Shown: positions 48,801-59,600 of the stretch, in pieces
How positions within the stretch are numbered: the first letter of the stretch is position 1
How the letters are laid out: every line of letters starts with the position of its first letter
Virus record (IMG/VR): IMGVR_UViG_3300032087_000824
Location: 1-61,944 of that record
Reading direction: 5' to 3' (one strand)
DNA length: 61,944 nucleotides
Origin: a virus
Lineage: Duplodnaviria; Caudoviricetes
Program-made: the position numbers and the translations under genes
The notes under the pieces: generated by a model
What the model saw: only the letters and a program-made list of their open reading frames with translations
Database searches by the model: none
What the model was told of the DNA's origin: nothing

Positions 48801-50904
48801 AATCTTTTAATAGTTTAACTAGGTCATTTAGTCTTGCATCAGATGTGCTAGCATCCGATAAGTTGTTATTAAACCATACTTCCTCAATAGTCTTTTTTCT
48901 ATCAACTTTATCATTAATATTTATTATTTCACTTTCTGCTATTTCATTAAATTCAAAGATAAGTTCAGGGTACAATCCTATAGGATGTTGCAGGTTTATA
49001 ATAGAACCAGCACCTATTTCTAAATCATTAATATTAATTTGAGCTTCATATATTTCACCACCAACATAATTCGTTCTACCTTTGTATGCATTTGCATAAT
49101 TAGCACTAGATGTAAAATAACTAGACCTACCAAAACCTTTAGCAGAAAGTCCACCACCTGTTACGTTTGTTTCTCTTAAACCAAGTGATGCGTCTATATC
49201 ATTCATAGCTCTATAAATAGTCATCATTCCATTTTCATTAGCTGTCATACTTAAAGGTGCATTACTGTTCATATCATTATTTATAACGATACCTGTAAAT
49301 GGATTATTGTATGTTATTAGGTTTCTTGCATCGTTATCATAAATCTGTTCGTGTATATATTTTGCTAATCCTTCACTAATACCTGCGTCAAGGTCAGATG
49401 CATATTGATTGTGAATAGAATTTAAATCTACTTCTATTGCTCTGCCTGCATTGTATTGTTTATTAACATTATCATCTACTGTATAATTAATCATTTCAGA
49501 TATTTCTTTGCTTATGCCTTCACGCAAACTCTCTACATCGTGAATTGTATCAGGAGCATTATTAAATCTTGCTATTAAACTAAGAACAAATCTTTGTCCA
49601 GCTATTGTATTTGTAAGCCATTTGTCCATAGGAGTTGAAGCAACATTTGTTAGATTGCCATATACTTCATAAAATGGAGTTCCAATATCTCCTCTTGGTG
49701 GTAAAGCAGACACACTAGCACCAGGAGCAGGAGGTGCATTCATAACATTAACTAAACCTAATCCACCTGTATTTTCTACATAAGTGAGTAAAGCTGATGG
49801 ATTATCTATTTCTCCACCTCTAATTTTTGTAACTAATACTCCGTCTTTCTCACCGCTAGCTTCTACTAAAGCATTAAACATTTCATCATCTAACGCTAAT
49901 ATATCTCTTATATAATTATTCATTTCTGTAACAACTTGAGGATGAGATGCAACAAATCTTTCTTTGGCTAGTTCTATTACTTCGTCTTTTTTCCAACCAA
50001 AATAATGATATCCTAAAAGGTCTATATATTGTCCTCCATACTTTTCCATAGCATCTTGAACTCTACCACTTACAGGTGTAGCAATAACGTGCATATCGTT
50101 TTCGTCTGCCCACCTAACAAGTTCACCAACAATTAAACTACCAGCACCTGAGCTTTGTTTAGATGGGTCTATAGTAAGTAAATCAAGTAACAAGAACTTT
50201 TCATCTGAGCCTGGTAGTAAAGATATTTCAAAAGATGGACGACCTGTACCTTTTAAAATAGAAAATGGTTCTGTATCACCAGGGTCTTTTGCTATAAATT
50301 CTTTATACCTTTCACCAAGTAGTGTTTCTATTTCTTCTACTTTTTTCTCTTTTTCTGAAAGTACTTTAGGAACAAAACCTAAATCATCTACAGATGTATT
50401 ACCTTCGTCTAGCATAGTACGTTCTACATTATCTAATGCATCATCTAAGTCAGGACTAGGTTCAGTAAGACGTTCACCTGTTAATTCTCTTTCTGAAGGT
50501 GTGTTAGGGTCATCTGCTTCTGAAGTTAGCATATTCATAATATCATCTGCTTCAAATTTTAATTCTGCAATCTTACTTGATGCTATAGCTATTTCTTCTT
50601 CAGACATAGTTACATCTTTACTGACAAGTTCTAATGCAGCTATTTCTTCATCTATTTCTTTTAAACGGTCTTGTTTACTTACAGGACGTGATATTAAACC
50701 TTCAGGAGGATTTTCTCCTGTTAAATCTAAATGTTCCTTGTATAGTTTTATTAAATCATTTTTGAGAGTATTAATTTTTGAATTAATAAATGCTAATTTA
50801 TCACCAGTTGCATCCTTTGCTACGTCTTCAAAAAAAGATATTACATCATCTAATGTCCTCATCTCATTGCGAAGTTCTTCTATTCTTTTATTTTCTTCAC
50901 TCAT
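45883..50904 (-). CDS. Large polyvalent protein with GNAT-like and ADP-ribosyltransferase-like domains, module B only
   Basis: 1673 aa. IDPSKQSSGAGSLIV (GNAT motif A); IYRA...GFGRSSYFTSSANYANAY (ART-like). Confidence 0.6.
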   Translation of the reverse strand: MSEENKRIEELRNEMRTLDDVISFFEDVAKDATGDKLAFINSKINTLKNDLIKLYKEHLDLTGENPPEGLISRPVSKQDRLKEIDEEIAALELVSKDVTMSEEEIAIASSKIAELKFEADDIMNMLTSEADDPNTPSERELTGERLTEPSPDLDDALDNVERTMLDEGNTSVDDLGFVPKVLSEKEKKVEEIETLLGERYKEFIAKDPGDTEPFSILKGTGRPSFEISLLPGSDEKFLLLDLLTIDPSKQSSGAGSLIVGELVRWADENDMHVIATPVSGRVQDAMEKYGGQYIDLLGYHYFGWKKDEVIELAKERFVASHPQVVTEMNNYIRDILALDDEMFNALVEASGEKDGVLVTKIRGGEIDNPSALLTYVENTGGLGLVNVMNAPPAPGASVSALPPRGDIGTPFYEVYGNLTNVASTPMDKWLTNTIAGQRFVLSLIARFNNAPDTIHDVESLREGISKEISEMINYTVDDNVNKQYNAGRAIEVDLNSIHNQYASDLDAGISEGLAKYIHEQIYDNDARNLITYNNPFTGIVINNDMNSNAPLSMTANENGMMTIYRAMNDIDASLGLRETNVTGGGLSAKGFGRSSYFTSSANYANAYKGRTNYVGGEIYEAQININDLEIGAGSIINLQHPIGLYPELIFEFNEIAESEIININDKVDRKKTIEEVWFNNNLSDASTSDARLNDLVKLLKDFFDYQVIVNMHTGPGQGIIKSYLDATGFVEQTSIHPQWAEGAPMPVDEIIFIDTKTLTDKVKIVGKVTEIGFGVPKTEPIEPLQKVVQKLINRAFEDFNTPDLKGEGGAVSVVSRMQDIYRTLDLELSNRPDEIRLANLELLEQVNTLRRNIQAVMNENGGYKYATIEQIQKGVQYRDVSTVVRYETMGIWDPRTETYKSITDIISEGFNHKNSFIHEYYVDKNGQVKKRMLMIDQNDFSSITPFNNKKVPVIDEAGMKDNIGYFSNYELAWVPNNRLGEFESKFNIDRIISLEAGGPLLKGKQFYDEGRLSDEFKELISRPDTTLEFNITHASPHHKISINDVQGGYDPMVPVVDRTTGEVKFMPTPDSRNQEYLVGLSTSFEDDIIFNKYSSITGKSIGNPAKNYFTVRLNTDNLYTLDDIRFNWINKFSISDAAKAMDVPPSVVIEAFENANLIMPSNRRLVDGFMIKAHNSDGVRQFYYKFKEAAKNILSYKTDQINPTVTALDITRLMRGGGIEALVENPNMYFGNFEELMLLDPNDQAGIGKAIDIIDIDEETYNLNRDSYKLISQSEVENNPLRNYEDIDKNIKQTSLDEAYDIRINFESGFNTAETEALGLKGDLPEFVANSVLSDDDARKLIEVGEAIITAPEATPLLTSAGTTIDLFTLHENAYNNLANVTALTEVEYHTVRGILDKDAKAVVKDASGPGGAPRSVVQQSVQAQVDEALSKITPGLIDDSAKWKLLQGARNKLAYSAGLRGAAPTGLILLDLYEIALWGGALAYGTSDAWSAEFENIVKGVSNKVFGTAYTMETPGEIDYEKLNNTLLFAEKASPTEWVLGPIIDDYKGVKYANSPGRGNDDDDNRQVIDTLGALNDVEPTEVLAPVQLGNTEVYVTGKGTGPNDIYSDGTISQGKGVGTWWSRYFDYQRFSNNKQFYNRNNDKKQDNFETDMFTTNLYSTDNNSDYWRRDY

Positions 50905-50979
50905 TTTTTATAATTTTTCTGTACTTCACGCAATCTTCTTCTAAGTCTTGCAATTGCAACAGCACTGTCTATATTTTTT

Positions 50980-51834
50980 TTAATAATCTTGGGGTCCACG
51001 CAAATTCTCCAAACTATCTTTAAAGTTATCACCTAATAAATCTAAAAAAGCAAAGTAAGGCTTTGTAACTTTTTTAACTTTATTAGATGCTTCCATTACT
51101 TTATCTGCACCTTTTTGTATTAATTCTTCAAATGCACTAGCATTTTCTGTTGTTATTGTAATTGTTGGTTCTGTAGGTACATCTTGTAACTTATAAGTAT
51201 TATCTTCAGCATCAGGGTCATATACATATCTAGGAATATCTAAACTTTCTAACACTCTTTCTTCTAATCTTTCTGCACTAAATGCTTCTACCTTGTTATG
51301 TATATCTAATTTATTTTTTGCTTCTTGATGATATACGCTATCTTCTCCTATAAGAGAACTAGTAGACCAATTGTTTATACCTTGTGAATTTTCAGGACCA
51401 ACAGTTAGCTGTGACAAAGCTATTGCAGCCATAGCATTATAGTAAGGGTTGTACATCATTTCTTTGATTTCAGTTCTAGTCTTACCTTTGAATGCAGGTA
51501 TATTAGAATTTACACCATCTTTACCTTGTGTACTATTTAGATAACTAAGATTGCTGTAATTTAAATTAATTTGCCAAAGACCGTGGTCATATGTTCCATT
51601 AGCATTTTTAGCACCTCTTACATTACGAGCATAACCATCAGTAGAATTATCTCCTGTTCTATGCTCAGCTAGAGCTAATGATATTAATGTAACCATACCA
51701 TTTTCATCATATGGGTCAGGGTTTACATCTGTATTTTTAAGAACAAATCCATTTGTTTTTAAATAATAAGCAGCACCATAAATAATATACATCAAATCTT
51801 CTGTGTCGTAATTATCGTGGTAAGAACTATGCAC
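50980..51834 (-). CDS. SLT/lysozyme-like muralytic protein, module B
   Basis: ALAEH...NANGTYDHGLWQIN...YNPYYNAMAA. Likely GTG start at 51834, since the longer ORF overlaps the upstream gene. Confidence 0.7.
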   Translation of the reverse strand: MHSSYHDNYDTEDLMYIIYGAAYYLKTNGFVLKNTDVNPDPYDENGMVTLISLALAEHRTGDNSTDGYARNVRGAKNANGTYDHGLWQINLNYSNLSYLNSTQGKDGVNSNIPAFKGKTRTEIKEMMYNPYYNAMAAIALSQLTVGPENSQGINNWSTSSLIGEDSVYHQEAKNKLDIHNKVEAFSAERLEERVLESLDIPRYVYDPDAEDNTYKLQDVPTEPTITITTENASAFEELIQKGADKVMEASNKVKKVTKPYFAFLDLLGDNFKDSLENLRGPQDY

Positions 51835-51835
51835 G

Positions 51836-53608
51836 CTATCTACCTTTAATGTAGTTGCCGAGGTTTGCAATGTTGGTAAGAACATTAGCGTAAGTGTCAT
51901 TATAAAGAGCAGAAGCCCTTTGACCCTGTAACATATCTCCATATCTATCCTGTATAAATTTATCAAATTCGTTACCAACTGCTGAAGCTAAAGCTTCACC
52001 TGATAGTGGTTGTTCTAATGTAACTTCAGGATTGTAATCAATTCCACTTCCAGCTAGTTGTGCTCTAGTTCTTTCTGCATCTAATGTTTTTTGTATATTA
52101 GCATTATTAATATCGTAATTCTTTTTCTGTAAGTCATACGAAGTTCTATTAATAAAACTAACATAAGCATCTATTTCATCTTGTGATGCAGGTCTACCTA
52201 ATCCTTTTTGTATAGCATTTTCTATTGTTCCTTTAGCATTATAGAAATTAGGTTTAATGTATGTAAATACACTATTGTAATTAACTCCATAGCTGTCAGA
52301 AGTTTCAAAGTTATCAGTACCAAATGCATAATCTTCTAGTGTATCTTTGTAAAACTCTTTAATAAATACTGTTAAGTTTTGTGGACTAGCACCAGGTAAT
52401 GACATTATGCTTAATAAATCTTCTCTTGTTACAGCTTCTCCATTAATATTAAATCTTGACATAGCACTTTCTATAGCTTGTACAGTTCCACCATCATTGT
52501 TATCAAGAACACCATAAACAAAACTAAATGGTTTTAGAAACCCTGCTTCTACTAATAAAAGCTGTACTTCCATAATTTCTTCAGCAGATGCATTGGCAAA
52601 TAATTGTCTACCTAATCCATACTCATACAGTGGTATTTCATCTGTATTAGAATATACAGGTCCTTTAAGGTCTACATCTCCTAATCCGTAGTAATTACTA
52701 GAACCTAAATTAAAAGCACTTACTTGTAAGAAAGGGTCATCAATTACTTCATTGAAAGGCATTTGTGCTGGACCCATCATACCAGGACCTAATTCACCAG
52801 CATCTTGTGCTGTAAGATATGCTTCTATATCTATGTCTAAATCTCTTAATCTTTTATCTATATTATCTAAATACTGTTGAGGAGTAATAATACCTTCTTC
52901 TAACTGTGCTCTTTGTCCTGTCATAAAAGCTTCGTCTGTTAATGTCAATACTGTATCTCTGTATCCATTTTCTTTAGCTTCTTTTTCTAGATAAGCTTTG
53001 TATGACAAGTCTGCTTCTGATGAATACTCAGCAAGTATTTCCATATTTGCATCATCTACAGTAATAACAATATCTCTAGGGTCTTTACCTGCAAGAATTG
53101 CATCAATAAAAGCATCGTGATGTTGTCCAGCTAGACTTGATATTTCGTCTAAACTAGAAGGGTCTACTGTGTTATATATTAAATCTAATCCTTCTCTTAC
53201 TTCAGGTTCTAAATCTTCGTATCTTCTACCTAAGGAATAAGAAATCATATTAGTCCATTTAACATAACTCATACCTTGTTCTCTTTGTCTATCAGGAGCA
53301 GGGTCATCTATCTGAGCTTGACCTACATCTGTAATTGCTTCTTGTGCAGGTTTTAATATAGATTTATATACTATATTATTCCAAACCATATTTGGTACCC
53401 AACCAAATACTTTCCAAAACTCTGCAAACTTATCATCGTTAAACTCAGCTTCTTCTACACCTGTTTGTAATTGTTCTTTGATATCTTTAGCTACATCAAG
53501 AATAGAAGTTCTAGCATCTTGATAAGGAACATTTTTTCTATTGTTTAATACATCTTCTAATAATTGTATTTCTTCTTCAGTAAGTTGTGGTTTTACTTCT
53601 TCACTCAT
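51836..53608 (-). CDS. Putative internal virion protein, module B
   Basis: 590 aa; paralog of 6327-7718. Confidence 0.55.
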   Translation of the reverse strand: MSEEVKPQLTEEEIQLLEDVLNNRKNVPYQDARTSILDVAKDIKEQLQTGVEEAEFNDDKFAEFWKVFGWVPNMVWNNIVYKSILKPAQEAITDVGQAQIDDPAPDRQREQGMSYVKWTNMISYSLGRRYEDLEPEVREGLDLIYNTVDPSSLDEISSLAGQHHDAFIDAILAGKDPRDIVITVDDANMEILAEYSSEADLSYKAYLEKEAKENGYRDTVLTLTDEAFMTGQRAQLEEGIITPQQYLDNIDKRLRDLDIDIEAYLTAQDAGELGPGMMGPAQMPFNEVIDDPFLQVSAFNLGSSNYYGLGDVDLKGPVYSNTDEIPLYEYGLGRQLFANASAEEIMEVQLLLVEAGFLKPFSFVYGVLDNNDGGTVQAIESAMSRFNINGEAVTREDLLSIMSLPGASPQNLTVFIKEFYKDTLEDYAFGTDNFETSDSYGVNYNSVFTYIKPNFYNAKGTIENAIQKGLGRPASQDEIDAYVSFINRTSYDLQKKNYDINNANIQKTLDAERTRAQLAGSGIDYNPEVTLEQPLSGEALASAVGNEFDKFIQDRYGDMLQGQRASALYNDTYANVLTNIANLGNYIKGR

Positions 53609-56600
53609 TAGTTATATGCTCCAAAAGTAGTTTGTTCTTCAATCTCTCTACGGAATATATCATACCATATATAGTAGAAATCAGGGTGCTGCATCATTAA
53701 CTGTTTAGCTAACAAACTTAAATATTGTCTTTGTTGAGTAGCTTCTGCTCTATACAAAGTAGCATTAGCACCGTATTGATATTTTAGTCCTTGAAGTAGT
53801 TTTTCTCTAGCCATTATGTATTTCATTGCACCCTGAACAACATCTAATTCTCCTATAAGTTTTGTTTCACCATTAGGTAGTTTTACACTTGTACCTGCTT
53901 CTGTTGTTAGTAACGAATTAAAAGCTTTAATTTTAGCATCTGTATCTAAAGGAGTAGGTGTAGTAGAAGTAGTACCATAACCAGGGAATTGTTGTTGTAA
54001 ATTGAGTTTATACATATACAATGCTTCAAACTTTTTATCTATAGAAAATCCTTGATAGTATGGAGTGTCTAATATTAATCTTCTAAAGTTTTCATAAGCT
54101 AATGAACCTTGTGCTTGTCTTACACTTCTTTGAAATTCTTCAGGTGTTAAATCTATTCTCTTACCTTCTGTAAAAGCATCAGCCCAAGCTTGATAATCAA
54201 ACTCATCTAAAGGACTATCAGGAAACAAATAGTAAGATACATCAGGGTGTCTATCCATAAGGTCTTTATTTTGCTTATAAAAATATCCACCTTCAGTTGT
54301 ATAAGTAGTAGGTTGTATAGCTTTAGATTTAGAAGTAGTTAATGCTGTAGGGTCAAATCCAAACATCTTTATAAAGTCTGCTATTGCTGCAACTCTATCA
54401 CCACCTCTTTTAGCTAACATTTGATAATATGCATCTGCAAATAAAGTATCTGCAAAAAACTTATGCTCAGGGTCATTTTCTTTAGCTTTGAATGGGTCTA
54501 AGAATGCAGCACCTTCAGGTCCAACTTCATATTCATATTTAACTGTTGCACCTGTAGGCATAACAAATTGTATAAATGCTTGATACTTCAGCATTGAATT
54601 AGCTAATGTCTTAGCTCTTTCTAAACTTTCTTGTTCTGCTTCAGGAGTACTATCGTCATAGATACCAGTAGTAAACATAGCTCTTTGTATTTCTTTTACT
54701 CTATTAGCATAAGCTCTTTGTAATTCAGGACTACTTGTACTTCCATTAGCAGCACGTAGTTTATTAATCCAAGAAGGTAATGTAGCATCTACCCAATATG
54801 ATGGGTCAGTAACTTTATAAGCAGGTCTGCCATATGGAAATATAGCTTGGTCAATAGCAGCAGTAGAAGGTAATATAGCTGATGCAGGTAATTGAACTAT
54901 AGGACCAACACCAGGAATAATAGAACCAGCAACCATATTCAAACCGCTAGCATATCCTTCTATTCTTGCATTTATTTGTGGTGCTTCTAAATCATCTTTA
55001 CCTGTTACAGGATTAGTTACAGTAGCATCTTCAGTGTCAGGGTTAAGTGCTCTATCAAGTTTATTATTCAAACCAAAACCAGCTATGTTATACATTTCTT
55101 CACCTGTTCTAGGGTCAGTAGTAAAGAAACCTTCATCTTCATTTTCACCAAAGATACTTACATCTCTAGCACCTTCAACTGCACGCTGTACTTTTCTACC
55201 AAATAATGTTTTTTGGTTTTTAAGTAATCTAGTCCAAGTACCAGCTATCTCAATATATACTTCTGCGAATGGAAACATAAGTCTTAACATATCTGAAATG
55301 ACGTGCCTGTTATTTAAATCATATAGCAAACTCTTAGTTTCATTTAATGCATAAGCTTTTGCTAAATCATCTACACTTTCTAAATCATCAATTCCTATCA
55401 TTTTAGTAACATCTGCTTTACCCATATTTTCTAAACTATCAATATATTGTTTAGCTCTAGAACCAGGTGTAAGTCTATTATTTTTTCCTATACCCATAGT
55501 TTTTCTAGCTTGTTTAAGTATTACAGCTCTAGATGCATCATCCATATTTGCATACATACTTTCAATAAATCTCCAGTAATATTGTCTAAATGCAGTAGAC
55601 CTAGATAGTTCATTAGTTGATGCACCCATCAAAGTGCTAAAGAAAGTTTCAAGAACTCTATCGTATTCAGATATTTTATCTCTACCTAATTCAAATCTTG
55701 ATGCTTTAAATTTAATAAGACTTCCATCTAATACATCTGTTTTAAAATTTTTAAGCCAACTAGAATAAACTCTAAATTCACTTCTAGTCATATTTCTACT
55801 TAAATTAATTTCTGTATAATCATTTTTCTTTTTACTAAATATATTTACTACATTAGGTTTTTCAGTACCACCTCCTGCTATGTGTGCTAGTAATTCTTTA
55901 TCACCACTACTTTTAATTTCATATTTAATTGGATTTTTAATATCAGATACTGCAGGTAATACTCTTGCGTCATCTCTAGATGATATTAATTTAGGTGTAC
56001 CACCAGGTACAATTTCATATGCTTCATATGTACCACCAGTTTTAACGTGTAATCTAGCAACAATACTGTCTATATAACTATCAGCGTGTGCTCTGTTTTC
56101 TAGTATAAGTTTTTTAGATGCTCTACCCATATCATCTGCATTACCTACAAAAGCCATTCTCCATTCTTTTAATTCTCCATCCCAAAAACTTTGTTTTATA
56201 TCATCTAATGCAACTTTATACTTTTGACCATCTTGTACAGGGTCTATAGTTATAGCAGCTATTTTAGATGCTAATGGGTCATCTACTAGTTGTAGTAATT
56301 CTGAAGCCCAGTGTGTATTCCAACCTTTACCACCAACTCCTACTAATGTAAACCCTCTAGCTCTTTTTGGATTTATGCCAAATAAAACACCATTATGTGT
56401 ATTAGACATAGCTGATTGATGATAAAAACTATTTTCTAAACTTTCATCAAGTATATCTGTACCACCACGACCCCATTGTTCTGATAAATAATCACGAGAT
56501 TTTTCTCTAGTCTTTAGTAATAATTGTCTATTTCTTTGTGGTGACCTACCAAGTATCCAGGAAATAGATGATAATGGGTGTGCAAATACATTATCTAAAT

Positions 56601-59600
56601 CAGCTGCCCACATACGAACTTGTTCTTCACCTACAACTCTTGTTACCCAAGCAGGTCTAAGAAGTACAGATGGTTTCCATATTCTCTGCATATAACCATC
56701 ACCTATCATAGTAAGCATACCTTCTGATATATTTGCTACACTATCAGCATCTGCATCTACCTTTATACTTACTCTTGTTTTACCAACTAATCTTCTAATT
56801 TCTTCTACAAAAGTTCTATCAGTAGATAATTCTATTTTTGCTAAATCTGCAACAGGTCTTGCTAGTAATCTTTCATATTCATCAGTTGATATATTTCTAT
56901 GTCGTCCTGTAAGTCTTAAACCTAAATCTCTCATAGGTCTAAATATTCTTAAAAATAATCTAGCATCAGGCATAGGAATATAACCTTCGTCCCAATACTC
57001 AGATAGTAAGTGTGCTGTAGCTCTAGGTTCGTATGCAGTATCTACAGATTTACCTGCACTAGTATTCTTAAATTCTTCTAATACTTCATTAAGAATATCT
57101 TCAGGTTCAGCATCATTTAAATCTATTTTTCTTAATTGGTCAATGTTTTCTTCTATTACATTTAGTAATTTATTTACAGTAATAGCAGTACCTTTAGTTC
57201 TATAAAACATTAATCTATTAAATACATCATATAGTTCATCATTAGTAATTAACTTGTCACCAACTATGTTTACTTTTTTAGCTTTATTTTTAAATAAGAA
57301 GTCTTGGTACTTAACAATATCTTGTTTTCCTAATTTACCATCAGCTCCTATTTCAATGACTACATATGGCTTATAACCTTGGTAAACACCAGCATCTAAT
57401 TTTGAACCTCCTACAGGTTGTTCCCATTTACCATTGTCTAAATAGTTTTGTATTTTTTGTAAATTCTGTGATTTAGGTATTTTACTTTTACCATCTTGTC
57501 TTTTACGAAATATAATTGTTGCATCACTTTCATCAATGTTATATTTAACTGCTTGACCCATATTGTCACCTTTAGGATTAATAATTCCAAAATCTTGGTT
57601 CCAGTAATCAGGGTCATAAATATCTTTTGATGCAGACAAATCATCTACTTTACGATAGTTAGGTACTAGTTGATAAAGTTCTTCTCTGTCTTTTACAAAA
57701 AGCAATCTTAATTGTTCTTCATCTTTATAAAGTTTTGATAAAACAGGTTCATATTCATCAACATCTTTTAATGCTTTATCAGGAGTTTGTAATATTTGAT
57801 TTTCTAAATCTGCTTTAGCACTTGATATTTTTTGTAATGCTTTATCAGTTTCTTCTATTGAATTAATAAGAAACTCTGCTCTTTTTCTATCTTTACGAGA
57901 TAAAGTTTTTAAGTCATTACTTAAATCAACAGCTAATCCATCTTTAGCTTTGTTTAAAGATACTTGTGCATTGTATTCATCTACACCTCTAAAGTCAGAT
58001 AAATTTAAGTTTTTCATTCTTGGAGATAAACTATCGTATCTAGAACCTTCATTAATTAAATATTCAACACGAATAGCCTTACCGCTTTCTATTCTGTTTC
58101 TAAGACGAGATGCATACTCTATTTCTGTCCAACCTTCTGTTTGTAATATATCGTCTAACAATGGTCTATGTTCAGGACTTGTAAGTAAGTTACGAGGTAA
58201 TGTTTGTACTTTTGTAACTGTTACACCAACTACATCATCTTCAAAGTTTTTAAAATATATCTTTTCTCCAATTTTTGGTACTCCACCTTCTTTTACCCAA
58301 CCACCTTGATGTCTTGTAGTAGAAGTTCTTTTACCTGATAAAACTCTTGCAAATGTAGAACCTTCTTGACCTAAGTCAATTGTTTCTTCAGGTTTCATTT
58401 TGTAACCCATACTGTATATTCTTGAACCACTAGTTCTTAATTCTTCTGATAAAAAGTCTTGGTCTATTTTTGCATCTACAGCAGTATGACCATAAGGAAC
58501 TCTACCACTTGTTCTTATTCCTATTTCATCTGCTATCTCTAATGCTTCTCTTTCGGCACCTGGATAGTAAGAACTAGTAACTTCATCTACTAAAGTTTTA
58601 GTAACTTGTTCTTTAGGACTATCTGCTATATCTCTAAGTTGATTTACTAAGTCTTGTACTTCATCATCAACAACATTGCTATCTTTTTTATATTTAGCTA
58701 TAACTCTAGATATTATGTTATAAGCATCAGCTTCATCTAATTCTTCACCAAAGTATTTACGCATATTTGTATTAATACTGTCAAATTTAGAACCAGGGAA
58801 CCATTCACTTTGACCTAATTCATTAATAAAATATTTATGTGTTTCATCTACACTAGCCATCCATCTTTTAATTCCTTTAACTAATTGGTCAGGTAAGTCT
58901 ATTCTATTAAACTTTTCTCCAATGTGTGTTAGTACATCATTCCAAATATCTAAGATGTCTCCCATATTTTGCATAGATTGTGCTTTACTTGGATTAAGAA
59001 CTCTACTTTCTGCTAAGTCTGCTAATTTATCTAATGCAGGTTCAGCTATATCATCATCTACTTTTGCCCAACGCATCCAATCTTTTAAATCAAAGAAAGA
59101 TGCATTCAAATCTTTAACATTTAATTTAGGAACAGGAAAGCTTTGAAACATTCTACCAACTGCTGTTTCTGCTTGTGATTTTCTAATAGCACCAGCAAAT
59201 CCAACTGCTTGTCCATAATCACCACCAATAAGCTGTCCTAATCCTCTAGATACATTACCTCTTAGTAATAGTGATGTAGGGTCTAATCTTTGTGTAACTT
59301 CTAATCCTTCTATAGCAGGTATTAATGCGTCATACACATCTTGTCTAGTTTGTGCATTTTTTAATTTTTTATGTAATACTGCATCTCCTTGACCTTTCAT
59401 TAATCTACTTACAGTATCAAAATTATCAGCTTTAATTAATTGGTCTACGATAAATTGACCACCTTTAGAATTAGCTAAATAATCTGTAGCACTTGGTATA
59501 TGTACTGTTTTTCTTACAGCCTTGTCAATAATACCTGCACCTTTTAATGCATCTGCTTGACTTAAACTTCTAACAGCTTTACCTGATTTAGCTAAATAGC

